Source of the DNA: Planctomycetota bacterium
GTDB taxonomy: Bacteria > Planctomycetota > B15-G4 > JADJEK01
Length of the DNA: 46,804 bases
NCBI GenBank assembly: GCA_044225365.1
Contig: JBGAIQ010000045.1
Coordinates: forward strand, 1 to 46,804
Direction of reading: 5' to 3'
Both the position numbers and the translations under genes were made by a program. Numbering within the stretch: position 1 is the first letter of the stretch; every line of letters begins with the position of its first letter. The notes under the pieces are model-generated. The model saw nothing but the letters and a program-made list of their open reading frames with translations. It was not told where the DNA came from and made no database searches. Positions 1 to 8,467 of this stretch are shown one piece after another.

Positions 1-2
1 GC

Positions 3-98
3 GTCGCGATCGGCTACGCGGTCGACCGGATGCGCGACCTCGTCCGCAGGGCGATCCTCGCAAGGCTCTGCCTGGCCGCTGGCCCCGACCCGGTGTAG
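3..98 (+). CDS. 3' end of a partial ORF running in from the window edge (…VAIGYAVDRMRDLVRRAILARLCLAAGPDPV*)
   Basis: Open frame from 3 to TAG at 96-98 with mostly G/C-ending codons; too short to assign a function. Confidence 0.3.
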   Translation, partial: VAIGYAVDRMRDLVRRAILARLCLAAGPDPV

Positions 99-102
99 CC
101 GT

Positions 103-1440
103 TCAGTGGGAGTGGGGTTGGGGTTGGGCGGTCGGGTGCAGGTCGCAGGTGAAGGCGGCGAGGGCGAGGGCGACCAGGCTGGCCGCCAGCCACACCAGGT
201 TGGCGTTGCGATTCCCCGAGGGCAGGTGGCGAAGGGCCATCCCGAGCTTGGCGTCTTTGAAGCGCTCCTCGATCTGGGCGCGCATCCGGTGACGGTGCTC
301 CACCGCTTGGGCGTCGTGGGTGGCGGCGGGGGCGTTGGTGAGGATGAAGCTGTAGCCGTAGACGAAGCCGAGCTCGCCGGCCGCCGCCAGGGCGAGTTGA
401 TCCTTGGGGATCGTGCGCCGGCGGCGGGCGCGCGGGTCGGCGGAGACGCTTGCCGTCGGGATGGACACCCGACGCACCACCAACCGCAGCGGCCCGTGCC
501 CCCACTCTTGGGGCGTGTAGGCAACCTCGGCGCACTCGGCCCCGTCCATGTCGGCGCAGGGCCGCCAGGCCGTCGCCGGGACATCGGCGAGCGCCCGCCA
601 GAAGGCAGGCAGGCGCGGCACCGACAGCGAGAACACGGCCCCGGCGCGGCGGATCAGCTTGAGGGTGTCGAGGGCGTAGAACGCCGAGTCCATCCTCACC
701 CACACCGGCCCGCCGCCGGCGGGCACAAGCGCGAGGGCGCGTCGGATGACCGCGCTCGCCGGTCGGCCCTTGGGCACCTGGGCACCCGACAGCAGGTCCC
801 ACGCCAGCGGCCGGCCGCGCTCAGCCCAGGTGACCACCAGCGGCTGATAGGCCCGGCGGCCGTCGCGGGTCCAGCCGGCGCCCCGCTTGTGGCGTCCGTG
901 CACCACCACCGGCAGGGTGTCCACGTCGAGGGTGACCGGCGCGCCCGCCGGGCGATCGAGGGCGACATCAAGACGCCGGCCGGCCTCGGCCAGGCCGGCC
1001 TCGACCGCGCGCAGGTGGCTGGTGCGAAAGGCACCCGCCAGGCGCAGGGCGGTCTGGGGCGCCGGAGCCGCAGGCACGGCGCGAAGGGGCGCGCCCGGCG
1101 CGTCGTTGCGCAGCGCCCGCAGGTGCTCGAAGTAGCTGCCCCCGCAAAGCTGGGCCTCAGCCAACGACACCACCAGCTCGCCCGGGCTGACGCCGCGGGC
1201 GCGCAGCTTGATCGCCGGCGCCCGGCGGACCGCGGCGATCTCGCCGTCGAGGGCCTCGACCAAGCCGACCCGGCGCGCGATCTCACCGGTGACAAGCAGG
1301 CCCGCGAAGGGCGTCAGGTTGGGCTCGTCGGCCACGATCACGACCCGTCCGGGCCCCGCCTCTGCTTCACTCGCAAGGTGTCCTCCCGGTGGTCGTCGAT
1401 GGCGTCTCGCAACCACCACCCTGACCACCGGGGCGGACAT
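103..1440 (-). CDS. IS1380-family DDE transposase; start uncertain, C-terminus apparently truncated
   Basis: N-terminal LTPFAGL motif, DDE motifs TLDVD, VRMDSAF and HRMRAQIEERFKDAK, then LRHLPSG…AN..WL, all typical of IS1380 transposases. Confidence 0.85.
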   Translation of the reverse strand: MSAPVVRVVVARRHRRPPGGHLASEAEAGPGRVVIVADEPNLTPFAGLLVTGEIARRVGLVEALDGEIAAVRRAPAIKLRARGVSPGELVVSLAEAQLCGGSYFEHLRALRNDAPGAPLRAVPAAPAPQTALRLAGAFRTSHLRAVEAGLAEAGRRLDVALDRPAGAPVTLDVDTLPVVVHGRHKRGAGWTRDGRRAYQPLVVTWAERGRPLAWDLLSGAQVPKGRPASAVIRRALALVPAGGGPVWVRMDSAFYALDTLKLIRRAGAVFSLSVPRLPAFWRALADVPATAWRPCADMDGAECAEVAYTPQEWGHGPLRLVVRRVSIPTASVSADPRARRRRTIPKDQLALAAAGELGFVYGYSFILTNAPAATHDAQAVEHRHRMRAQIEERFKDAKLGMALRHLPSGNRNANLVWLAASLVALALAAFTCDLHPTAQPQPHSH

Positions 1441-1534
1441 CACTCCCCACTCGTGAAGCGGGTTCTCGCCCCTCGCGACACCCACCGCGACCGGCGAGCC
1501 GGATCGTCACTCGCCCACTACCGGGTGATGTAGG
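103..1534 (-). mobile_element. IS1380-family insertion sequence, probably truncated
   Basis: Contains the transposase ORF. A candidate left end reads CCTACATCACCCGG on the minus strand from 1534, and IS1380 ends typically begin CC(T). No matching right end was seen. Confidence 0.7.
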
Positions 1535-1898
1535 TCTGACCCGGGGCGCTCGGGGACATGTGGCGGCCGGATGGTTCGGAGCGGGGGCCCGACCGCCGAA
1601 AACCCCCGCGTCTCGGCGCCGAGTGTACCGGAGCGGGCGCAGACGAAGAGCCGATGCGTCGGCGCCGGCAAGGCCCACCTCGCCACCCTCGCGACCGAGC
1701 CTGGAGCCGAGCCCTCTGCTCCGGCGACGCCGCCCTTCCCCGGTTCGACCACGGGAGCCCGAGGCATTGTCCATCGCGGCGCCCGCGTGGTTGGGTCCCG
1801 TCATGGACGCCGGACCAACCGGCGCGGAACGGAGGCCCCATGCCCACGACCGAAACCCTCGGGCTGACCGTCATGTCGGCGCTACGGCGCCGTCGCGA

Positions 1899-4121
1899 TC
1901 ACTGCAGGGTGACTTCGATCCCGTTCGAGAGGATGCTATGGGCCGGCGTGCAGGCCGCGCCGACGCCTGGACTCACGACCAGGAACTGCGCGTCGAACTT
2001 GAGACCGGAGAGCGAAGCACTGTTCGGGATGCCCGCGACGAGCGACGCTTCACCGTTCGCGTCGGCATTGCCCGTCGACAGGAAGAGCCCGTTCGTGGGA
2101 TTCACGACGAGAGCGCAGAGTCCGCACGGCACCGAGATCGTCCCCGTGCCGACGATGAGGAAGGTCGCGGAACCGGCCGGCGCTGCAGTCATGTGGATGC
2201 CGAACGAGGAGTGCCCGATCTTCGCACAGGAGGCGTACGCCAATGCGCCGCAAGGACCGGACAAATAACTGAAGCCGCCGTCCGCCGCACTGAAGCGGTG
2301 CGCGACGATCATCGTTTGGCCGCCGGTCGCCGGTTGCGGCACTTCGCGCACGGTCATCGCGAGGTCGTTGTGCGCGCTGCCGAGGTGCATCACTCCCGCG
2401 GTGGGCGTCGGGATCGGAAGATCGAAGTAGTTCTCGCAGGTCGTCGCGGAGAGCGGGTCGAGCGAGACGACCTTCGCGCGGAACGTGCCGTCGAGCAGCT
2501 CGGATTGCCAGCTTACGAGCGCGGAGCCGTACATCCACGCGACGTCCGGACCGTTCGAGTCGAGGACGCCGACATCGACGCTGATCGTCGTCGCGTCCGG
2601 CTCGTCCTGCCCGGACGCATCCGCGCGCACTCGCACCGCTCGGATGTCGCGGTCGCCGCTGCCGTTCGTGGCTTCGCTCTCGAATGCGACGAGGAAGTTG
2701 TAACCGTCGCCGTCGACCGCGGGATGACTCTCCCACAGTGAGTCGTTCGTGACCGCGATGAAGGAGTCGCCGATGTTCAGGAAGCGATCCACGGTCATGC
2801 CGCGGATCTCCGAATCGCCGCTCGTGAAATCGCGCTTCCAGACGATCATCCGCACGCCGAAGAGATCGTGCGACGAGATGGCGGGCTCGGTGTCGTTGAA
2901 GCCGCTCGTCAGCGTGACGGCCGGCGCGACCACGGGGTTTCCCGAAACCGGCACGTTCACCCGCGCGCCCATGATTCGCAGCTCGCCCGAAGCCGAGTCG
3001 AAGGACTCCCACACGATCGCCGCCGTGTCCTGGTTCTCCTGCGATTCACCCGCGACGTCGGGGAACGCGTTGAAGCCGGAGGAGGGACCGACCGGCAGCT
3101 TGGGCGACATCCCACCGCTCACCATCGAGACTCCTCGACATTGGATCGTGCCGTTCAGGAATCCCGATGCATCGACCCACGCGACGAGCGCCTTGCTCGA
3201 GTTGTTCATGTTGCCGACGCGCGGATTGAGCGCGTTGACGGTCGCATCGATGTCGATCGGCAGGAGGCCGAGCACGGGGTTGCCGATGCCGTCGAGGATC
3301 TGACCGCGGATGTCGTAGTCGCCGCTCGCGAACTGCCGCGACCAAACCACGAGGTAACGGCCCGTCGACTCGTCGAAGGTGACGTCCGGGGACTTCTCGT
3401 CGAAGCCGCTCGCGACGGTGATGTCGCTGCCGACGAGCGGGTCGAGCACGAGCGGATACGCGGCGCGCTCGACGAATTCCGCGGGCAATCGGTATTCGAG
3501 CGTGCTGCCGTCGAAGGTCAGGGACCCAGCGGCCTGCTGACCACGCGCGTCGATCCCGGTCACGTCGCCGATCGTGATCGCACCGAAGCCGGCCGCTTCG
3601 AAGCGAAGCGGAGCGCCACTCTTCGTCATCGCCCGTACGAGATCCGTCGTCACGTGCTGACGCACGACGAGATCGCCCGACCCCGCCGGCTTCGATGCGA
3701 ACACGAAGCTCTGCTCGACACCGTCGACGCGCGCCTCGACGCAAGACCGCACCGTGCCCAGATCCCACTCGGCGATCGGCCCTTCGACCTTGGGAAGCAC
3801 GGACGGAACGCTCGCGATCGATGCCGCGCCCTCGCGGCCCACGGACTCCAACGAAAGATGCAGCGGCCAGGTACGTGGAGCGCTCGAACCGAACGGCGCG
3901 CTGACGGCGAAGCCCGTGGGATCGAACTCGATTCGATAATCGGGGCCGCCGCCGACGACGCGACCGTCGACCTCACCGATTCCGCAACTCAACCGATCGA
4001 CGGGGATCTCCGTCCCCAGCTCGGCGCCGGTGGAAGAGCGCGGTGGCCCCCCAAAGGCCGGGAAGGAAAGGAGCGAGAAGAACGCCGTGGAATACAAGAA
4101 ACGGTCGCGGGACGAACGCAT
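1899..4121 (-). CDS. Secreted hypothetical protein (740 aa) with beta-rich repeats and the shared C-terminal domain
   Basis: GGAGG upstream of the ATG; signal peptide (…LLSFPAFG); YPLVLDP motif; repeated P-x-V-x(n)-LVVW units; ends …LSNGIEVTLQ. Confidence 0.8.
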   Translation of the reverse strand: MRSSRDRFLYSTAFFSLLSFPAFGGPPRSSTGAELGTEIPVDRLSCGIGEVDGRVVGGGPDYRIEFDPTGFAVSAPFGSSAPRTWPLHLSLESVGREGAASIASVPSVLPKVEGPIAEWDLGTVRSCVEARVDGVEQSFVFASKPAGSGDLVVRQHVTTDLVRAMTKSGAPLRFEAAGFGAITIGDVTGIDARGQQAAGSLTFDGSTLEYRLPAEFVERAAYPLVLDPLVGSDITVASGFDEKSPDVTFDESTGRYLVVWSRQFASGDYDIRGQILDGIGNPVLGLLPIDIDATVNALNPRVGNMNNSSKALVAWVDASGFLNGTIQCRGVSMVSGGMSPKLPVGPSSGFNAFPDVAGESQENQDTAAIVWESFDSASGELRIMGARVNVPVSGNPVVAPAVTLTSGFNDTEPAISSHDLFGVRMIVWKRDFTSGDSEIRGMTVDRFLNIGDSFIAVTNDSLWESHPAVDGDGYNFLVAFESEATNGSGDRDIRAVRVRADASGQDEPDATTISVDVGVLDSNGPDVAWMYGSALVSWQSELLDGTFRAKVVSLDPLSATTCENYFDLPIPTPTAGVMHLGSAHNDLAMTVREVPQPATGGQTMIVAHRFSAADGGFSYLSGPCGALAYASCAKIGHSSFGIHMTAAPAGSATFLIVGTGTISVPCGLCALVVNPTNGLFLSTGNADANGEASLVAGIPNSASLSGLKFDAQFLVVSPGVGAACTPAHSILSNGIEVTLQ

Positions 4122-4234
4122 GTCGATCCTCCGGATCTCTGGGAATCGGGAACTTGCGATGGGTTCGCGGACGAGCGTCCGCGTCGCAAGCTCCCGATCC
4201 GGACGGGAGGAACGGCGTCACCGATTTTCTTGGA

Positions 4235-4258
4235 GAGCGACCCTTCGGAGGGTCGCTC
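4235..4258. terminator. GC-rich hairpin just downstream of boxB (terminator or mRNA-stabilising stem)
   Basis: GAGCGACCCT-TCGG-AGGGTCGCTC, a perfect 10-bp stem 9 nt after the boxB stop; no clear U-tract on the minus strand. Confidence 0.5.
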
Positions 4259-4267
4259 CGTCGAAGC

Positions 4268-5686
4268 TCACAGCTTGACGTACTCGAACTCGAACGGCTT
4301 GTTGCCGACGCCCTTCACGGGCGGCGCGATCCAACCCGCGATCTTCCCGACCTCGTGGCACGGCTTCATGATCGAGAGCAGATACTCGCGATCCTTGTCC
4401 GTCATGAACCACGACGGCTTCTGCTTCTCGAAGAGGTCGGCGGCGATCGGATTGCCGTCGCGATCGAACGTGTGGCGCGAGTATTCGCCGACATGGCGGT
4501 GGAAGCGGCGATGCGGCAACGACAGACGCTGCTCGATGCCGGCCTCCTCGAGTTCGCGATTCCACATCCGCAGTGCGCGCTCGCAGTCTTCGACGTAGCC
4601 GTCGCGCAGGCACTCGTTCATCGCCGTGCGGAGCGGGACTTCCTTGTCCTCGAGCTTGCCGTTCTCGCCGACCACGGTGATCTTCTTCACCTGGTCCTTC
4701 GCGGTGTGCTCGGTCTCGCGTGTCTCCTCCCGGAAGCGGCCCTTCAAGCCCGAAGCGAAGTAGTCCGCTGCGTTGCTCGAAACCTCACCGCCGAACAGAT
4801 CGAGCGAATACGTGTACCAGTAGTTGATCGACTTCTGGATGGTTTCGAGGGGGATGCCGCCGAGGCTCGTGAGGTCGCGACCCGGGTGCTGCTTCATGAG
4901 CTGCGCCGTGCGGCGCACGATGCGCTGCAGCCCCGTCTCGCCGACCGAGAGATGATGCGCTTCCTCGGTGAGCATGAAGCGACAGGTGCGCGCGAGCGGA
5001 TCGAATCCGCTCTCCGCGAGCGCGGCGAGCTGGAACTTACCGTCGCGGTCCATGAACATCGTGAACGAGAAGAAGGACAGCCAGTCCGGACACGGATTGT
5101 TGAACGCGTTCAGGATGCGAGGCTTGTCGGCGTCGCCGGCACGACGGCGCAGGAGCTCGTCCGCTTCCTCGCGGCCGTCCTTGCCGAAGTGTTTCTGGAG
5201 CAGGTACACCATCGCCCACAGGTGACGCCCTTCCTCGACGTTCACCTGGAAGAGGTTGCGCATGTCCATGAGCGACGGCGCCGTGCGGCAGAGCCACCGC
5301 TGCTGCTCGACCGATGCGGGTTCGGTATCGGCCTGGTTGACGATGATCCGTCGCAGCATGTTGCGATACTCGCCCGGCACTTCCTGCCACGCAGGCTGGC
5401 CGAGGAAGTCGCCGAACGGGATCTTGCGATCCTTCTCCTGCTCGGAGAGGAACACGCCCCACTTGTAGTCGGGCATGCGCACGTATCCGAACTGCGCCCA
5501 ACCCTCGGCATCGACGGAGATCGCCGTGCGCAGGAAGATGTCCTTGTCCTGGTACTCGACCGGACCGGTCTCCTGCCACCACTTGAGGTACTCGGGCTGC
5601 CATGCGTCGAGCGCACGCTTCAGCTTCTTGTCGGATTTGAGATCGACGTTGTTCGGAATGTTGTCGAGAAGGTCGACGCTCGTCAT
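4268..5686 (-). CDS. boxB: Benzoyl-CoA 2,3-epoxidase diiron subunit BoxB (472 aa)
   Basis: Likely start MTSVDLLDNIPNNV at 5686; motifs LRTAISV, MPDYKWG, ADTEPASVEQQR, VEEGRHLWAM, DRDGKFQL, LTEEAHH; adjacent to boxC. Confidence 0.95.
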   Translation of the reverse strand: MTSVDLLDNIPNNVDLKSDKKLKRALDAWQPEYLKWWQETGPVEYQDKDIFLRTAISVDAEGWAQFGYVRMPDYKWGVFLSEQEKDRKIPFGDFLGQPAWQEVPGEYRNMLRRIIVNQADTEPASVEQQRWLCRTAPSLMDMRNLFQVNVEEGRHLWAMVYLLQKHFGKDGREEADELLRRRAGDADKPRILNAFNNPCPDWLSFFSFTMFMDRDGKFQLAALAESGFDPLARTCRFMLTEEAHHLSVGETGLQRIVRRTAQLMKQHPGRDLTSLGGIPLETIQKSINYWYTYSLDLFGGEVSSNAADYFASGLKGRFREETRETEHTAKDQVKKITVVGENGKLEDKEVPLRTAMNECLRDGYVEDCERALRMWNRELEEAGIEQRLSLPHRRFHRHVGEYSRHTFDRDGNPIAADLFEKQKPSWFMTDKDREYLLSIMKPCHEVGKIAGWIAPPVKGVGNKPFEFEYVKL

Positions 5687-5736
5687 GTTGTGCTCCTGTC
5701 GCGCGAGACGGGCGCGCGGCTGCGCGCCCAGACGTG

Positions 5737-7383
5737 TCAGGTCCGTTTCCAGTCGAACACCGGGCGATCGGGCTTGCCGTACACGGACAAGGCCCCTTGT
5801 TTTCCGGTCGCGTTTGGACGCGTGAAGATCCAGTTCTGCCAGGCTGAGAGACGGCCGAAGACCTTCGTCTCCATGCTCTCGGGGCCCGCGAAGCGAAGAT
5901 TCTGTTCCATGCCCGTGAGCGCGTCGGGTGAGAGGCTCGCGCGCTCCTCGATCGCGATCCGGACCTCGTCCTCCCAGTCGATCGCGTCGGGCGTGAAGGT
6001 GACGAGGCCGAGGTCCTCGGCGTCGGAAGCGTCGATCCCCTCCGCGGTGCCGACCTGCTCCATTGCGGTGCCGACCTTCTCGGGCGCGCCGAGGAAGCGG
6101 CACTGGAGCCGAGTGAGGCCGTGGCTCATCGGCATGGCTCCACCGGACAATTCGTCGATCCAGAGATGCACTGGAGCGTCGTCGTCGTTCAGCATGAAGC
6201 TGCGGTCGGCCGCGATCGCGATCTCGAAGAGGCTGCCCGCGAAGCACGAGCCGGTGTCGACGATCGCGAAGAGCGACTTGCTCGTGTTGTCGAGGCGCCG
6301 CAGCACGCGCGCCATGTGAAGACGCACTTCCTTCACGAGCCAGTCCGAAGCGTGGTCGATGAGCAACCGATCCGCGGCGAGGACCGCTGCCGCGTCCCCG
6401 CGCGTCTTCAGGACGATCACGCCGATCTCGTTGTTCTCGAGTCGAAGCTGCAGCAGCGCGTCGTCGAGCTCGGCGAACGCCCGCATCACCCACGCGGAGT
6501 CGCCCACCTTGCGCAGGTCGTCCGGAGTCTTCGGTTCGGTGCCGCTCGGCGCCTTCATGGTGATCGTCGCGACGCGCGACGCGGAATCCGTCTCGAGCGT
6601 CACGAAGCGATAGTCGCGGCGATTCTCGCCGTCCTGGAATTCGAGCGGCGTGAGCCGCATGCCGGCGCCCGATCGACTCGCTTGCGACTTCGCGACGACG
6701 TCCTTCACGCGAGTCGCGATGCGCTCCTCGAACTTGCTCTTCGGATGCGAGTAGTCGACGAGCCCCCACTTCACGGCCTTCGGTCCGCGCAGTCCTTCGG
6801 CCATCGTCGAGAAGACGTCGGCGAGGTCACGTCGCACCTTTCGCTTGTCGACGAGTCGCGTGAGGCCGCCGGTTCCGGGGAGCACGCCGAGCAGCGGCAC
6901 TTCGGGCAGCGATACCGCAGAGTTGCCGTCCTCGATGAGGTGGATCTCGTCGCAGGTGATCGCGAGCTCGTAGCCGCCTCCGGACGCGGTGCCGTTGAGC
7001 GCCGCGATCGTGCGAATTCCGCTCTCCGCCGCCAGCTCCTCGATGCCGAGGCGCGTTTCGTTCGTGTACTTGCAGAAGTTCACTTTGAACGCGTGCGTGC
7101 TGCTCTGGAGCATGTAGATGTTCGCGCCCGAGCTGAACACGCGGTCGTTGGCCGAGCGGAATACGAGCGCCTTCACTTCGGGGTGCTCGAAGCGAAGCCG
7201 CTGCATCGCGTCGGCGAGCTCGATGTCGACGCCGAGGTCGTAGCTGTTGAGCTTCAACGGATACCCGGGCCGGAAGGGCCGCTCCTCCTGGACATCCATC
7301 GTCATCGTCGCGACGGGTCCGTCGAACGTGAGCTTCCAGTGGATGTAGCGGTCGGGATGCGTCGCGAAGGAGCAGGTTTTCAT
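5737..7383 (-). CDS. boxC: 2,3-epoxybenzoyl-CoA dihydrolase BoxC, crotonase superfamily (548 aa)
   Basis: Motifs YxLKLNSYDLGVDIEL, LRFEHPEV, FSSGANI, FCKYTNETR, GGGYELA, EVPLLGVLPGTGG, FGRLSAWQNWIF; start MKTCSF at 7383. Confidence 0.95.
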   Translation of the reverse strand: MKTCSFATHPDRYIHWKLTFDGPVATMTMDVQEERPFRPGYPLKLNSYDLGVDIELADAMQRLRFEHPEVKALVFRSANDRVFSSGANIYMLQSSTHAFKVNFCKYTNETRLGIEELAAESGIRTIAALNGTASGGGYELAITCDEIHLIEDGNSAVSLPEVPLLGVLPGTGGLTRLVDKRKVRRDLADVFSTMAEGLRGPKAVKWGLVDYSHPKSKFEERIATRVKDVVAKSQASRSGAGMRLTPLEFQDGENRRDYRFVTLETDSASRVATITMKAPSGTEPKTPDDLRKVGDSAWVMRAFAELDDALLQLRLENNEIGVIVLKTRGDAAAVLAADRLLIDHASDWLVKEVRLHMARVLRRLDNTSKSLFAIVDTGSCFAGSLFEIAIAADRSFMLNDDDAPVHLWIDELSGGAMPMSHGLTRLQCRFLGAPEKVGTAMEQVGTAEGIDASDAEDLGLVTFTPDAIDWEDEVRIAIEERASLSPDALTGMEQNLRFAGPESMETKVFGRLSAWQNWIFTRPNATGKQGALSVYGKPDRPVFDWKRT

Positions 7384-7502
7384 GAGGCTATGACGGAGCT
7401 GTGAGGGGAACGGTTGGCGGACAAGAGTCTCGTGGCGTGTCGTCGACCGCTGGCCGATCGGGTGAAGATACTTCCAGGCGGCGGGGTCCACAAGACGCGC
7501 CC

Positions 7503-7516
7503 AGCAATATGTTGCA
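7503..7516. promoter_or_regulatory. Putative BoxR/BzdR operator 1
   Basis: AGCA-ATATGT-TGCA, one mismatch to the TGCA-N6-TGCA box described for BzdR/BoxR, in the AT-rich divergent intergenic region. Confidence 0.65.
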
Positions 7517-7544
7517 TGGTTTTCTCTCACCGCGCATTGTGATA

Positions 7545-7558
7545 TGCACTATATTGCC
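7545..7558. promoter_or_regulatory. Putative BoxR/BzdR operator 2
   Basis: TGCA-CTATAT-TGCC, one mismatch to TGCA-N6-TGCA, just upstream of the regulator ATG at 7571. Confidence 0.65.
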
Positions 7559-7570
7559 GTCCGCGATCCC

Positions 7571-8422
7571 ATGACGGCCACCTCCCCACTCCTCACCCAA
7601 CTCGGTCTCGCGGTTCGAACGCGCCGCGCGGCGCTCGATTGGACGCTCGCCGATCTCGCGACGCGCTCCGGCGTCTCCGTGCGCTTCCTCTCCGATCTCG
7701 AGGCGGGACGCGGCAACATCTCGGTGAACCGACTCGCCCAGGTCGCGGATGCGCTCGGATCGCGTCTCGACCAACTGCTCCACGCCGAGCATTTAGTGGA
7801 CACCACAGCCCGCGCCGAACTCGCCCGCGAGATCGATCTCCTCGCACCGGATCAGGCGCGCGAAGCGCTCGAATGGCTGCGTGCGCGACGCGGCGCCGGC
7901 AAGACGTTCGGCAAGCTCGCGCTCATCGGGCTGCGCGGCGCCGGCAAGACATCACTCGGCCGCGCCGCCGCGCGCAAGCTCCACGTCCCCTTCGTCGAGA
8001 TCGATCGACTCGTCGAGGAAGCGGCCGGCATGCCGCTCTCCGACATCTTCAGCATCCACGGCGAGCCGTACTATCGACGCCTCGAACGCGAGCAGCTTCG
8101 CGCCGCGCTCGCCCGCAAGGGCCGCGCGATCCTCGCGACGGGCGGCGGCATCGTCACCGACCCCGAGAGTTTCGAACTCCTGCGCGCATCGTGCTTCACG
8201 ATCTGGCTCGAGGCCTCGCCGGACGAGCACTGGTCCCGCGTCGTCGCCCAAGGCGACCATCGGCCGATGAAGGGCCGCCAGCAGGCGATGGCCGAGCTGC
8301 GCGCGATCCTGAAGGCGCGCCGCAATCTCTACTCCTCCGCTCACGCTCGAGTCGACACCACCGCACTCGGCTTCGATTCCGCTGCCGATGCGATCGTTCG
8401 CCTCGCGCGGGAGCATGGGTAG
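7571..8422 (+). CDS. boxR: BzdR/BoxR-family regulator (XRE-type HTH plus shikimate-kinase-like benzoyl-CoA sensor)
   Basis: N-terminal HTH (LATRSGVSVRFLSDLEAGRGNIS); P-loop IGLRGAGKTSLG; ATGGGIV and EHWSRVVAQGDHRPM; divergent from boxC. Confidence 0.9.
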   Translation: MTATSPLLTQLGLAVRTRRAALDWTLADLATRSGVSVRFLSDLEAGRGNISVNRLAQVADALGSRLDQLLHAEHLVDTTARAELAREIDLLAPDQAREALEWLRARRGAGKTFGKLALIGLRGAGKTSLGRAAARKLHVPFVEIDRLVEEAAGMPLSDIFSIHGEPYYRRLEREQLRAALARKGRAILATGGGIVTDPESFELLRASCFTIWLEASPDEHWSRVVAQGDHRPMKGRQQAMAELRAILKARRNLYSSAHARVDTTALGFDSAADAIVRLAREHG

Positions 8423-8423
8423 G

Positions 8424-8453
8424 CCTGCGGATCCCCCCTCTTGGATCCCCAGG
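8424..8453. terminator. Hairpin between convergent genes
   Basis: CCTGCGGATCC…GGATCCCCAGG, an 11-bp stem with one mismatch directly after the regulator stop. Confidence 0.45.
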
Positions 8454-8467
8454 TCGGAAGCTGCGCA

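Noticed and set aside
1535-1898. Short ORFs between the IS and the first secreted-protein gene, including GGAGG-ATG at 1840
   Set aside because: They have no motifs, and the frame from 1840 runs antisense into the 1899-4121 gene; at most a gene remnant.
5687-6769. N-terminal extension making BoxB 833 aa
   Set aside because: It overlaps boxC in another frame and is Arg-rich shadow sequence; BoxB similarity starts at 5686.
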